A DNA stretch of 64,000 nt, from the NCBI GenBank assembly GCA_035536395.1, contig DATLOE010000003.1, positions 35,713 through 99,712 of the forward strand, in the 5' to 3' direction. The DNA is from Candidatus Dormiibacterota bacterium. GTDB taxonomy: Bacteria; Patescibacteriota; Saccharimonadia; UBA4664; DATLOE01. Shown here one piece after another: positions 18,711 through 29,145 of the stretch. Each line of letters opens with the position of its first letter. Positions within the stretch are counted from its first letter, which is position 1. The notes beneath the pieces were generated by a model. It was not told where the DNA came from, ran no database searches, and saw nothing but the letters and a program-made list of their open reading frames with translations. Made by a program: the position numbers and the translations under genes.

Positions 18711-18950
18711 ATGGCAGATACGAACCAACTATCGTTCAGTGCTCTCGAATGCTGGTGCGACGGCCGCCGCGGCCACACGACCGAGGAAGAAACCTCGCCA
18801 TATCTGATGTACTTTAGAGGGTCAGACGGCTATAGGTTTGAAACTGAGTTTGTGGGCCTGCGCCATCTCTGCCCGGCTTGTGTAACGCGTATAAGCGAGA
18901 TGATGTGCTATTACCTAGAGGAGGTGCAGTATGAGCGACTGTATTGCTGA
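18711..18950 (+). CDS. small Cys-rich hypothetical protein
   Basis: SD AAGGAG; CWC..H and HLCPAC motifs. Confidence 0.65.
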   Translation: MADTNQLSFSALECWCDGRRGHTTEEETSPYLMYFRGSDGYRFETEFVGLRHLCPACVTRISEMMCYYLEEVQYERLYC

Positions 18951-19302
18951 AGAAGCTGCCGTTTTGGCAGAAAAAGAACAATGGGTTCAAAATGCTGCCA
19001 GGATAATAAGTGACTGTATCGATAATATCGATATGGAAGTTGCCGTGAGCTCAGCACGATGGGCCTCTCTTTGGCTCGATGACGTAAAGCTGTACGAGCC
19101 GCTGGAAGACAGGGATAGAGCGATAGAGGTAATTAAATCGGCCTTTAGCAGCTCACTTGAGAGAGCAGAGGGAGTTGAGCGTTACCCCACGGGGGTGCCT
19201 TCCATACGAAGCATGATTGCCGCAAAAGAGGCATTCTGCCTAGCGTATGGCAATGAAGCCCAAGGGATGAAAAAGCTCTTAGACGAAGTCTTTGCCGCCT
19301 GA
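18931..19302 (+). CDS. hypothetical protein
   Basis: SD GGAGG; followed by hairpin TACTCCCGGCCA/TGGCCGGGAGTA (19305-19332). Confidence 0.7.
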   Translation: MSDCIAEEAAVLAEKEQWVQNAARIISDCIDNIDMEVAVSSARWASLWLDDVKLYEPLEDRDRAIEVIKSAFSSSLERAEGVERYPTGVPSIRSMIAAKEAFCLAYGNEAQGMKKLLDEVFAA

Positions 19303-19408
19303 CCTACTCCCGGCCAAGCGTGGCCGGGAGTAATGCACTTAAGCTTGCTACACTACCCGCTTTCCCCTATAACTGCCTCTACAAACCTTGACAGTGAAAG
19401 AAGGTAAA

Positions 19409-19855
19409 ATGTCTGGCAAACTTGAGCCAACACGGGTACGCAGCGAAGTGCTGCCAGCCGACCCGCAGCCTGTTTTTGCGCTTGTGCTGAACTTCACTGA
19501 CCTATCCGATGAGCATCTTGCAGAGATTTCGATTCTATCGGGCGGAAGCGATCGCACAATCATTCAGGTTGAACCGGAACTGTTTAATACAGAAAAAGAT
19601 GCAGCCGGTGCATGGCAAAAGCTTTGCAAGCTGCTTGCGCCGTACACCTACGAAATGCTGTTCATTTTGGTGCCTTGGGGATTCAGGGGATTCGAACAGA
19701 TTGTGGAGGCAATCTATCTGGAGCAAGGGCGTGACCCATTCACCTTGATTCAGGTGGGATATTCCGTCTACGAGATGGGTATGGGGATGCGCCTCATAAA
19801 TCAGCCTGGAGCCCTCGAGGTAGGCAGCGGGTCCTTAGAGGAGAAGATTAGATGA
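19409..19855 (+). CDS. hypothetical protein
   Basis: Promoter TTGCTA-17 nt-TATAAC (19345-19373); GAAGG before ATG 19409. Confidence 0.65.
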   Translation: MSGKLEPTRVRSEVLPADPQPVFALVLNFTDLSDEHLAEISILSGGSDRTIIQVEPELFNTEKDAAGAWQKLCKLLAPYTYEMLFILVPWGFRGFEQIVEAIYLEQGRDPFTLIQVGYSVYEMGMGMRLINQPGALEVGSGSLEEKIR

Positions 19856-20631
19856 GCCAAGCATACGCCTTTGAGATCCCATACTGTGACGCTGAAATTG
19901 CCGCCAGACTAATTGAGTCTGTTCCACCGGATTGGAGTTGGATCGACGGACAAGTAGATGCTCCTCTGAAAGAAGTTGCGGAAGGATTGGTAGCTAGGGC
20001 CGGGTATAAAATATGCCGTTTCGACAGCATTGCAGTAGTTACCTTGAATGAGGAGGGAGAAAGAAACGATTTCTTCCATTTTTCTAGCGAACAACGCACA
20101 TCAATCCTGATGTACCGCCGGGAAGCCAAGCTTGCGTTGGTCGGCTTGGGTCTTATGCCGTTGTTTGTCAGATTCGATGAAGCCGGTTTTGACCAGCAGG
20201 AGTGCGGAGATATGCCGTTTGAATCTGCCAAGCGAATTGCAAGTGAGTACGTCTGCCGAGGCTATCTGGGTGACCTGTTCTTCCGCAGCGATTGCTACGA
20301 CAATTGCGGTAGCTACAATCCGGAAAGGTGTGATATACACCTTGCGCCCTACACGGCCAGATGGCACAGAATGGAGGGAAGGCCTCCAGTTATTCCTTTT
20401 TCCGAGCTAGAAGCAGCCTACAAAGCCGGCAACCGGCAGCGGATCAAGGATATCAAGGCCAATAACGACCCGCCCAAAGCACAATTCCCCGCACTCATCA
20501 AAATAGAGTGGGAGAAAAAGTATGGCGGCAGACCGGAGAGAATAGCCGGGATACTGGATGCTTGCCGTGAGCTAGGACTAAAAGAACTCGACCCTGAACC
20601 GATTGAATACGGCACTTCATATGCCGAGTAA
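19852..20631 (+). CDS. hypothetical protein
   Basis: ATGA overlap with upstream ORF; 259 aa. Confidence 0.7.
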   Translation: MSQAYAFEIPYCDAEIAARLIESVPPDWSWIDGQVDAPLKEVAEGLVARAGYKICRFDSIAVVTLNEEGERNDFFHFSSEQRTSILMYRREAKLALVGLGLMPLFVRFDEAGFDQQECGDMPFESAKRIASEYVCRGYLGDLFFRSDCYDNCGSYNPERCDIHLAPYTARWHRMEGRPPVIPFSELEAAYKAGNRQRIKDIKANNDPPKAQFPALIKIEWEKKYGGRPERIAGILDACRELGLKELDPEPIEYGTSYAE

Positions 20632-20650
20632 CGCCCTCTTACTGCGAGCG

Positions 20651-20678
20651 AAAGCCCTCGGTAAGAGGGCTTTTTTTA
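20651..20678. terminator. bidirectional terminator
   Basis: AAAGCCCTC-GGTAA-GAGGGCTTTTTTT between convergent ORF and rpsG. Confidence 0.85.
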
Positions 20679-20690
20679 TAATTATCTTTA

Positions 20691-21167
20691 CTAGTATCTG
20701 GCGAAGTGAGCGAAGGCTTTATTGGCCTCGGCCATCTTGTGGGTGTCTTCTTTCTTCTTAACGGCGTCGCCAGCGCTGTTGTAGGCATCCATCAGCTCTT
20801 TGGCTAAAATCTTATCGAACGCCCGGCCGCCTTTTGCACGAGCCGCGCCGATTATCCAGATCATAGCGTAGTGAATCTTGCGATCACCCCGGACTTCCAT
20901 TGGTACCTGGTAAGTGGCGCCACCGACCCGCTTGGCCTTGACCTGCACAGATGGAGCGACATTCTTAATTGCGGTTTCAAAAATCTCTACCGGATCCTTC
21001 TTAAGCTGATCACCGGCCTGCTCCATAGCATCGTACAGCAGCTGCTCGGCCAGACGCTTTTTGCCGTCTTGCATGATTTTATTAATCATTTTGGTAACTA
21101 AAACATTCTGATACTTTACATCAGGTATTAATTCTCTCTTAAAAGATTTCGTCTTCTTACGCGGCAT
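20691..21167 (-). CDS. rpsG: 30S ribosomal protein S7
   Basis: RVGGATYQVP, HKMAEANKAFAHF. Confidence 0.98.
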   Translation of the reverse strand: MPRKKTKSFKRELIPDVKYQNVLVTKMINKIMQDGKKRLAEQLLYDAMEQAGDQLKKDPVEIFETAIKNVAPSVQVKAKRVGGATYQVPMEVRGDRKIHYAMIWIIGAARAKGGRAFDKILAKELMDAYNSAGDAVKKKEDTHKMAEANKAFAHFARY

Positions 21168-21581
21168 TTACTTTTTTTCCTTCTTGGCACCGTACTTACT
21201 GCGCCCTTGCTTACGGTTAGAAACACCAGCCGCATCGAGCGAGCCACGCACAATCGTATAGCGTACACCGGCTAAGTCTTTAGGGCCGCCGCCGCGAATC
21301 AGTACCACCGAGTGCTCTTGCAGGTTGTGGCCAATTCCGGGAATATAAGCCGTTACCTCCATACCGTTGGTTAACCGTACACGAGCAATCTTACGCAGAG
21401 CCGAGTTCGGCTTACGCGGGGTGGTAGTGCTGACCTTAATGCAGACTCCACGCTTCAGCGGCGAAGGATGCACGTAGCTCCTGCCCTTGAGCGCGTTTAA
21501 GGTCCGGGAAAGGGCCGGCGTTTTGGTCTTCTTCTTTGGATCTTTCCGCGGCTTGCGGATTAGCTGGTTAATGGTTGGCAT
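21168..21581 (-). CDS. rpsL: 30S ribosomal protein S12 (atypical decoding loops)
   Basis: [22 protein letters not shown]. Confidence 0.98.
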   Translation of the reverse strand: MPTINQLIRKPRKDPKKKTKTPALSRTLNALKGRSYVHPSPLKRGVCIKVSTTTPRKPNSALRKIARVRLTNGMEVTAYIPGIGHNLQEHSVVLIRGGGPKDLAGVRYTIVRGSLDAAGVSNRKQGRSKYGAKKEKK

Positions 21582-21624
21582 AGCTGGGATAGTTTCTCAG
21601 ATTTTTACTGGTTTAGTCAACATT

Positions 21625-24600
21625 TTACTTCTTGGCTGCAGCCTTAGCTCTGGTTTTAGGCTTTTTCTTCTCGGCTTCAGCGGCACGGAACCCGGTACCG
21701 ACAGGTATCAGTCGGCCGATAATCACATTCTCTTTTAATCCACGCAGTTTATCGAACTTACCGCGGGTAGCAGCTGCTATCAGCACACGCGTGGTGTCCT
21801 GGAAACTGGCAGCACTCAGGAATGAATCGGACGAAGTAGAAATTTTGGTAATCGGCAGAAGCAGCTGATCGTATGTAGCCACCTTGGCTTTAGCATTCAA
21901 TGCGGCGTTTTCTTCCGTTACACTCATCTTCGGCACAATGTCGCCGGTAACAAACAGAGTTTCGCCCGGATCTTCTACCTGCACCCTCGAGAACATCTGG
22001 CGAATGATTATCTCTATGTGCTTATCGTTAATGGCCTGACCCTGCGAGGAGTAGATAGACTGAACGGAGTCAATTATGTAGGTATGTACGGCCTTTTCGC
22101 CCAACAGCGCTAGCATATCCTGCAGATTCACTGAGCCCTCTGTTAAACGCTGACCGCGGGTAACCAGATCGCCATTAGATACTTGTACCGACTGGTACAC
22201 GGGAACCTGGTGCTCTTTTACGGCTTCGCCGGTGTGGGCCAACAGAATCTTACCGCGCTTCAGTTCTACGGTGCCTTCAATGCGGCTTTTTATAGCTCGC
22301 TTGCCGTCAGCATCAGCAGCCATCACATCGCCCGGCTTCACAATTGCTCCGTCTTTCACCTGGGTTTTGCGGCCGTCTAGCGCGTACTCGGTAACCTTGA
22401 TATTGGCCGGGGTGATTTTAATAATCTTCTTGCCCGACTCTTCGCGAACTTTTACCATACCGTCGATCTCAGACAACACTGCCTGACCTTTCGGTGCGCG
22501 GGCTTCAAAAATCTCCTCTACACGCGGCAGACCGGTGGTAATGTCTTCGCCGCCAGCGGCAGCACCCTTGTGGAAGGTACGCATAGTCAGCTGGGTGCCC
22601 GGCTCACCAATCGACTGGGCGGCAATAACGCCGACCGGCTCGCCCATTTTCACCATCTCACCCCGGGCAAGATCGAGTCCGTAACACTGGCGGCAAATAC
22701 CCCAGAGCGTCTTACAGCCCAAAACGGTGCGGATTTTAACTTCTTCAATTGCTTCATCTGCCACAATGGCGTTTGCCTGAGTATCGCTGATCATTTCGCC
22801 AGCTTTGGCTATTACTTCACCCTTGGCATTCTTAACCGTGGCAGCTGCCACACGACCGGCCAAGCGGTAAGCGAATGTTTCGCCAATGCTTTCAGATTCG
22901 TGTCGGCTGACGATACTGCCCTCCTTGTCGCCGCAGTTTTCTTCGGTAATGAACACATCCTGCGAAACGTCTACCAAACGGCGGGTTAGGTAGCCAGACT
23001 CAGCCGTTTTTAGGGCTGTATCTGTCAGACCCTTACGGGCGCCGTGGGTCGAGGAGAAGTACTCCAGGGTAGAAAAACCCTCTTTGTAGTTGCTCCTAAT
23101 CGGCAGCTCAATAATCTGGCCTGTCGGGTTGTTTACCAGACCCAACATACCCGAGATCTGGTTGACCTGGCTGAGATCTCCGCGGGCACCGGATTCAACG
23201 AACATTCCGATAGTGGCATTGCTTTCATTAATCGCGGCCTCTAGCAGCTCTTTAATCCGCTCATTGGTCTTCTGCCAGACTTCAATCGTGCGGCGATAGC
23301 GCTCCTCATCTGTAATTAGCCCCATGTCGAACTGCTTGCTAATTTCTACCACCTGGCTCTCGCCTTCATCCACCATTTTCTCTTTCTGAGGCGGTACCAC
23401 GAAATCGTCGAAGCCGATCGAAAGGCCCGAAAGCGTTGCATACTTAAAGCCAAGGTCCTTAATATTATCCACGGTCATGGCGGTCAGTTCGCCGCCGCAT
23501 CGTACAAATATTTCCGTTACCAGCTTCTGCAGTTTCTTCTTATTCATAGTTTCATTACGGAATTCTATGGCTTCAGGCAGGATTTCATTGAATATGACGC
23601 GGCCGGCCGTAGTAACTGTTCGTACACCTTCTATTGGAACCGTAATAGTCGTTTGGAGTTTAATAGCGCCCTGCTCGCAAGCGGTGATCGCTTCATCGAA
23701 ATCGGCAAAATGCTTCTGTGGCTCAGGTTCAGAGATGTTGTCGTAGGTCAGGTAGTAACAGCCCAGCACTATATCCTGGCTGGGGTTGACGACAGCTGCT
23801 CCATCGGCCGGCTTCAGCAGGTTTTTGGTTGAAAGCATAATGGTCTTGGCCTCTTCCTGGGCAGCCGCAGAAAGCGGCACGTGGACGGCCATTTGATCGC
23901 CATCAAAGTCGGCATTAAAGGCCGAGCAGACTAGCGGGTGCAGCTGGATAGCCTTGCCTTCAATCAGAATCGGTTTGAAGGCCTGAATACCGAGACGGTG
24001 CAGGGTCGGTGCGCGGTTTAAGAGTACATACTTTTCGGCAATAATCTCTTCCAGCGCGTCCCAGACCTCGTTGCGTGCGCGCTCAATCATCCGGCTAGCG
24101 GATTTCACGTTATGAGCCAGTTCAGCTTCTATCAGCTTGCTCATGACAAACGGCTTGAAGAGCTCGAGAGCCATCATCTTCGGTATGCCGCACTCATCGA
24201 GCTTTAGGTTCGGGCCGGCTACAATTACCGATCGGCCAGAGTAGTCTACTCGCTTACCCAAGAGGTTCTGGCGGAACCGCCCCTGCTTACCTTTAAGCAT
24301 ATCGCTTAGGCTCTTAAGCTTACGACGGCCGCCGGTCGAAGACACGGCGCGCTCGCGGCGAGCGTTGTTATCTATTAAAGCATCTACCGCTTCCTGAAGC
24401 ATACGCTTCTCGTTACGGCGAATGACCTCGGGGGCACCAAGCTCAATCAGGCGCTTCAGGCGATTATTACGGTTGATCACCCGGCGATAGAGATCGTTCA
24501 GGTCCGAAGCCGCAAACCGGCCGCCGGCCAGCTGCACCATTGGGCGCAGGTCAGGCGGAATCACTGGCAAATCGGTAATAACCATCCACTCAGGGCGCAG

Positions 24601-25467
24601 ATTCGCACCCTTCATGCCCTCCAGCATCTTCAGACGCTTAAAGGTTTTTTTACGTTTCTGGCCAACAGACTGCTCGGCTTCTTTAGCGAGCTGCTTTACT
24701 AGTTTTTCGATGTCGATTTCGGCTAGTAGGTTGCGAATGGCTTCAGCGCCGATTTCGGCCCTAAACACATCACCATATTTTAAGTTCAGCTCGCGGTACT
24801 TGGCTTCTGTCAGAAGCTGAAGTTTGGCCAGGCCATCAAGTTCGGTCTTGGCTGAGCTGTAACTAGCTTCGAGGTCAGCCATTTCGCCAGTCCGAGCCTC
24901 GGCCAGCTGAGACTTATCGGCATCTTTGGCGCTGGCCTTGGCCTTAAAGCTTTTTTCGATATCGGCCTTACGAGTCTTGTACTCATTTTCCAGATCGCTA
25001 ATAGCCTGCTTGCGCCGCTCGTCGTCAACTTCAGTTACCAAGTAGCTGGCAAAGTAAACCACTCGCTCTAGATCGCGAATACTCATATTCAGTACCAAGC
25101 CGATACTGGAGGGCGTGCCGCGTAAGAACCAAATGTGAGTTACGGGTACAGCTAGAGCAATGTGGCCCATCCGCTCACGGCGGACTATGCTGCGGGTTAC
25201 GCGAACGCCGCACTTATCACAAACTACGTCCTTGTAGCGGATTCGCTTGTACTTGCCGCAGTAGCATTCCCAATCTTTAGTGGGGCCGAAGATACGCTCA
25301 CAAAACAGTCCGTCTTTTTCAGGCTTCTGGGTGCGGTAGTTGATGGTCTCGGGCTTAATAATCTCACCATGTGACCATTCTAAAATCTGATCGGGTGAAG
25401 CCAGCGCTAATTTAACAGCACTGAACCCACTGGTCATCTGGTCTAATCCTTCTTTTGCGTCTACCAC
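21625..25467 (-). CDS. rpoC: RNA polymerase beta' subunit
   Basis: NADFDGDQMAVH, GRFRQNLLGKRVDYSGRS, N-terminal zinc finger. Confidence 0.99.
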   Translation of the reverse strand: MVDAKEGLDQMTSGFSAVKLALASPDQILEWSHGEIIKPETINYRTQKPEKDGLFCERIFGPTKDWECYCGKYKRIRYKDVVCDKCGVRVTRSIVRRERMGHIALAVPVTHIWFLRGTPSSIGLVLNMSIRDLERVVYFASYLVTEVDDERRKQAISDLENEYKTRKADIEKSFKAKASAKDADKSQLAEARTGEMADLEASYSSAKTELDGLAKLQLLTEAKYRELNLKYGDVFRAEIGAEAIRNLLAEIDIEKLVKQLAKEAEQSVGQKRKKTFKRLKMLEGMKGANLRPEWMVITDLPVIPPDLRPMVQLAGGRFAASDLNDLYRRVINRNNRLKRLIELGAPEVIRRNEKRMLQEAVDALIDNNARRERAVSSTGGRRKLKSLSDMLKGKQGRFRQNLLGKRVDYSGRSVIVAGPNLKLDECGIPKMMALELFKPFVMSKLIEAELAHNVKSASRMIERARNEVWDALEEIIAEKYVLLNRAPTLHRLGIQAFKPILIEGKAIQLHPLVCSAFNADFDGDQMAVHVPLSAAAQEEAKTIMLSTKNLLKPADGAAVVNPSQDIVLGCYYLTYDNISEPEPQKHFADFDEAITACEQGAIKLQTTITVPIEGVRTVTTAGRVIFNEILPEAIEFRNETMNKKKLQKLVTEIFVRCGGELTAMTVDNIKDLGFKYATLSGLSIGFDDFVVPPQKEKMVDEGESQVVEISKQFDMGLITDEERYRRTIEVWQKTNERIKELLEAAINESNATIGMFVESGARGDLSQVNQISGMLGLVNNPTGQIIELPIRSNYKEGFSTLEYFSSTHGARKGLTDTALKTAESGYLTRRLVDVSQDVFITEENCGDKEGSIVSRHESESIGETFAYRLAGRVAAATVKNAKGEVIAKAGEMISDTQANAIVADEAIEEVKIRTVLGCKTLWGICRQCYGLDLARGEMVKMGEPVGVIAAQSIGEPGTQLTMRTFHKGAAAGGEDITTGLPRVEEIFEARAPKGQAVLSEIDGMVKVREESGKKIIKITPANIKVTEYALDGRKTQVKDGAIVKPGDVMAADADGKRAIKSRIEGTVELKRGKILLAHTGEAVKEHQVPVYQSVQVSNGDLVTRGQRLTEGSVNLQDMLALLGEKAVHTYIIDSVQSIYSSQGQAINDKHIEIIIRQMFSRVQVEDPGETLFVTGDIVPKMSVTEENAALNAKAKVATYDQLLLPITKISTSSDSFLSAASFQDTTRVLIAAATRGKFDKLRGLKENVIIGRLIPVGTGFRAAEAEKKKPKTRAKAAAKK

Positions 25468-25468
25468 C

Positions 25469-28400
25469 TTAAGCCTCTTTCTTTTCTTTAGCAGTTACTT
25501 CGGCTTTTTCAGCCTCTTCAAACTCATCTCCGCCGCCGGCAGCTAGATCCACCAAGGGCATATCAGCTACAGCCTCATCGCCTACTATGAGCTTATCTGT
25601 GCCCAGTTCCTCGACATCGGCGTCCATTTCACCGGCAATCACCTCTTCGGCATCAACTTCCTGGGAAGTTTCGTCACGGATCAGATCTACACCCAGGCTC
25701 AAACTCTGCAGCTCTTTGACCAACACATTGAATGATTCCGGAATGCGCGGGCCCCTAATTTCTTCGCCCTTAATAATCGCCTCATAGGCCTTGGAGCGGC
25801 CAACAACATCATCGGATTTAATTGTTAAGATTTCCTGCAGACTGTGGGCAGCGCCATAGGCTTCTAGTGCCCAGACTTCCATTTCTCCAAACCGCTGACC
25901 GCCGCGCTGAGCCTTACCACCCAAGGGCTGTTGGGTAACCATGGCGTAAGGGCCGGTCGAGCGGGCGTGAATTTTATCATCTATCATGTGATGCAATTTC
26001 AGCATGTAGTTGAAACCGACTGTGGTTCGCTCATGATACGGCTCACCCGTACGGCCATCGTAGAGCTGAGCCTTACCGTCTTCTGGCAGGCCGGCTCGCG
26101 CCAGCTCTTCTTTAATCTTTGTAATGTGGACGCCGTTAAAGACCGGTGAAGCTACTTTGTAACCCAAGAGATTAGCGGCCCAGCCTAAGTGGGTTTCAAA
26201 CACCTGGCCGATATTCATACGCGCGCCCACACCCAACGGATTCAAAATCATATCTACCGGCGTACCGTCTTCCAGGTAAGGCATATCTTCAATCGGCAAT
26301 ACGCGGGCAATCACGCCTTTGTTACCATGACGGCCGGCCATTTTATCGCCGACTGAAATCTTACGCATCTGCGCGATTGAAACATGGAACTGCTGAATAA
26401 CTCCGGCCTGCAGTTCATCGCCGCCTTCGCGCGAGAAGATCTTAACGCCAACGACTTTACCCCGCTCACCGTTTGGCATGCGCAGGCTAGTGTCTTTTAC
26501 ATCTCGGGCTTTTTCGCCAAAAATGGCTCGCAGCAGTTTTTCTTCGCTAGAAAGCTCTTGCTCACCCTTAGGGGTGATTTTGCCGACCAAAATATCTCCG
26601 GCGCTGACTTCGGCGCCAATGCGCACAATGCCGGTTTCATCGAGATCTTTCAGGCTGTCCTCAGAGACATTCGGAATGTCGCGGGTAACGATTTCCGGGC
26701 CCAGCTTAGTATCACGCACATCGATAGTGTAGGTTTCGATATGAATCGAACTGTAACGGTCGTCTTGTACCAGCCGTTGGCTGATAATAATGGCATCTTC
26801 GAAGTTATAACCACCCCAAGACATAAAGGCCACTAGAACGTTCTGGCCCAGGGCCAGCTCGCCGGCATCGGTCGACATGCCATCGGCTAGCAGGTCGCCT
26901 TTTTTAACCTTTTGTCCGGAATGCACGACTGTGCGCTGATGGATGCTGTTGCCTTGGTTGCTGCGCACGAAGTTCAGCAGCTGATAACTCTTTACGCCAG
27001 CTTTAGCGTATTTCACAGTAATCTCGGCGGCTGTAGCGGATTCCACTACTCCGTCTTCCTCAGCCACAATCACCTGACCCGAGTCACGCGCTACAACCTG
27101 CTCCATACCAGTACCGACTGTTGGGGCCTGGGGGCTAACTAAGGCCACGGCCTGCTTCTGCATGTTCGCAGCCATCAAGGCCCGCTTGGCGTCATCGTGC
27201 TCGATAAATGGAATTAGAGCCGTAGAGACGGAAACGATCTGTTGGCTAGAAACATCCATATACTCTACGTTATTGGCGTCCTCTTCTTCGGCTTCACCGC
27301 TACGCCGCACGGATACCCGTGGTTCTACAAAGTAGCCGTCGGGGCCGATTTTGGTGCCGTATTCAGTAATCACTGCGTTTTTTTCATCAGCAGCATCCAT
27401 ATAGACTATACGGCCGGTGACCTTAGCCTTAACAGGCACCTCTTCCAGGCCCAGCTTAGCTAGTCTTTTGGCGGCTGCCGGGCTGATTTTATCGCCGGGT
27501 TTTATAATAGTTTTTTCGCCATCTTTGATGGTGGTTCGGGCGATGTGGCCGGCTGCTTTATCGGGACTGATCCTATTAATAACTTTGCGGTAAGGGGTCT
27601 CTACAAAGCCGTATTCATTCACCTGTGCATAGGTAGAAAGGTTCGATACCAAACCGATGTTGGGGCCTTCTGGGGTTTCAATCGGGCAGATACGGCCGTA
27701 GTGACTGCGGTGTACGTCACGAACCTCAAAGCCGGCGCGCTCGCGGCTGAGACCGCCGGGGCCCATAGCGTTCAGGCGGCGCTTGTGTGAGGTTTCGCTT
27801 AGAGGATTGGTCTGGTCCATGAATTGGCTGAGCTGAGAGGAAGCAAAGAACTCCTTAACACTAGCCACAATAGGACGAACGTTAATCAGCTGGCCGGGAG
27901 TAACAGTAGCGCGGTCGTAAACAGACATTCTGTCTTTAACATTGCGCTCCATACGGACTAAGCCAACCCGGAACTTGGCCTGGATTAATTCACCAACCAT
28001 TTTCAGGCGGCGGTTCTCTAAGTCGTCAATATCGCTGGCCGGACCTTGGCTGTGGTTTAGGCGTACTACCTCGCGAATAACGGCAACCAGATCTTCGGGG
28101 CGCAGAATGCGGTTTTCTACCGTATTTGCGAGCTTAAGGCCCAGGCGCTTGTTTAGCTTATAGCGGCCTACCTTAGAGAAGTCGTAGCGCTTAGGGTCAA
28201 AGAACATGCTTTCTATCAGAGACTTTGAGTTTTCAACTGTGGCCAGATCGCCGGGGCGAATACGTCGGTAAACCTCCATAAAGGCCTCACTCTGGTTAGA
28301 GGATGGGTCTTTATCCAAGGTTTCAGCAATATTCTTGATCTCACCAGTATCAACATCTTTGAACAGTTTTATAATCTCTTCGTCTGAGCTATAGCCAAAG

Positions 28401-28975
28401 GCGCGCAGTAGTGTCGTAACTGGAATTTTGCGCTTGCGGTCGATCTTAACGGAAATTACGCCGTTAGCGGCTGTGTCCATCTCTAGCCAGGCACCGCGGT
28501 CAGGAATAACTTTTGCACCGTACAGGTTGCGCCCACCGGCCGGTTCGGCCATAAAGAAAACCCCAGCCGAACGAACTAGCTGGGATACAATGACTCTCTC
28601 TACACCATTAATAATAAAGGTGCCGCGGTCGGTCATCCATGGATAATCGCCCAGGAATATCTCTTGGTCTTTAATTTCACCAGTCTCTTTGTTCTCAAGC
28701 CTTACCTGGGCTTTTAGCGGCACTTCGTAGGTTACATTCTTAGCTTTTGAAGTTGCAGCATCGTACTTAGGCTCTTCGAAGTGAAAATCCTTAAAGTAGA
28801 GCGCGAGGCTCTTGCCGGTAAAGTCTTCTATTGGGCTGATAGAAGCAAACAGCTCCGCCAGACCTTCACCTATTAACCAGTCGAATGAATCCTTCTGGGC
28901 TTTGATGAGATTCGGCAGAGGTAGAACTTCCTCGGTTTTATTGAAATAACGGCGGGTGGGTTGGGCTGATGCCAA
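25469..28975 (-). CDS. rpoB: RNA polymerase beta subunit
   Basis: [33 protein letters not shown]; TTG start after GAGGAG. Confidence 0.99.
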   Translation of the reverse strand: MASAQPTRRYFNKTEEVLPLPNLIKAQKDSFDWLIGEGLAELFASISPIEDFTGKSLALYFKDFHFEEPKYDAATSKAKNVTYEVPLKAQVRLENKETGEIKDQEIFLGDYPWMTDRGTFIINGVERVIVSQLVRSAGVFFMAEPAGGRNLYGAKVIPDRGAWLEMDTAANGVISVKIDRKRKIPVTTLLRAFGYSSDEEIIKLFKDVDTGEIKNIAETLDKDPSSNQSEAFMEVYRRIRPGDLATVENSKSLIESMFFDPKRYDFSKVGRYKLNKRLGLKLANTVENRILRPEDLVAVIREVVRLNHSQGPASDIDDLENRRLKMVGELIQAKFRVGLVRMERNVKDRMSVYDRATVTPGQLINVRPIVASVKEFFASSQLSQFMDQTNPLSETSHKRRLNAMGPGGLSRERAGFEVRDVHRSHYGRICPIETPEGPNIGLVSNLSTYAQVNEYGFVETPYRKVINRISPDKAAGHIARTTIKDGEKTIIKPGDKISPAAAKRLAKLGLEEVPVKAKVTGRIVYMDAADEKNAVITEYGTKIGPDGYFVEPRVSVRRSGEAEEEDANNVEYMDVSSQQIVSVSTALIPFIEHDDAKRALMAANMQKQAVALVSPQAPTVGTGMEQVVARDSGQVIVAEEDGVVESATAAEITVKYAKAGVKSYQLLNFVRSNQGNSIHQRTVVHSGQKVKKGDLLADGMSTDAGELALGQNVLVAFMSWGGYNFEDAIIISQRLVQDDRYSSIHIETYTIDVRDTKLGPEIVTRDIPNVSEDSLKDLDETGIVRIGAEVSAGDILVGKITPKGEQELSSEEKLLRAIFGEKARDVKDTSLRMPNGERGKVVGVKIFSREGGDELQAGVIQQFHVSIAQMRKISVGDKMAGRHGNKGVIARVLPIEDMPYLEDGTPVDMILNPLGVGARMNIGQVFETHLGWAANLLGYKVASPVFNGVHITKIKEELARAGLPEDGKAQLYDGRTGEPYHERTTVGFNYMLKLHHMIDDKIHARSTGPYAMVTQQPLGGKAQRGGQRFGEMEVWALEAYGAAHSLQEILTIKSDDVVGRSKAYEAIIKGEEIRGPRIPESFNVLVKELQSLSLGVDLIRDETSQEVDAEEVIAGEMDADVEELGTDKLIVGDEAVADMPLVDLAAGGGDEFEEAEKAEVTAKEKKEA

Positions 28976-29006
28976 AAGGCTGTCTCCTCTTTGATTATTA
29001 AATTAA

Positions 29007-29132
29007 CCAAGAGGTATTTATCTAAATCGGCTTCTAGAGCTTTCGCATCCCAGGAAGTAAAGAGATACGAAAGTCCTACACGCAAAAAAAGTAGGCAGGC
29101 GACCCTACTTCGCGATTTAAGCTTCCTCTTGG
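29007..29132 (-). promoter_or_regulatory. multi-stem structured leader/attenuator upstream of rpoB
   Basis: Nested pairs CCAAGAGG/CCTCTTGG, TAAATCG/CGATTTA, CTTTCGCATC/GATACGAAAG, AAGTAGG/CCTACTT with U-tract. Confidence 0.65.
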
Positions 29133-29145
29133 GTCTAATATTCGC

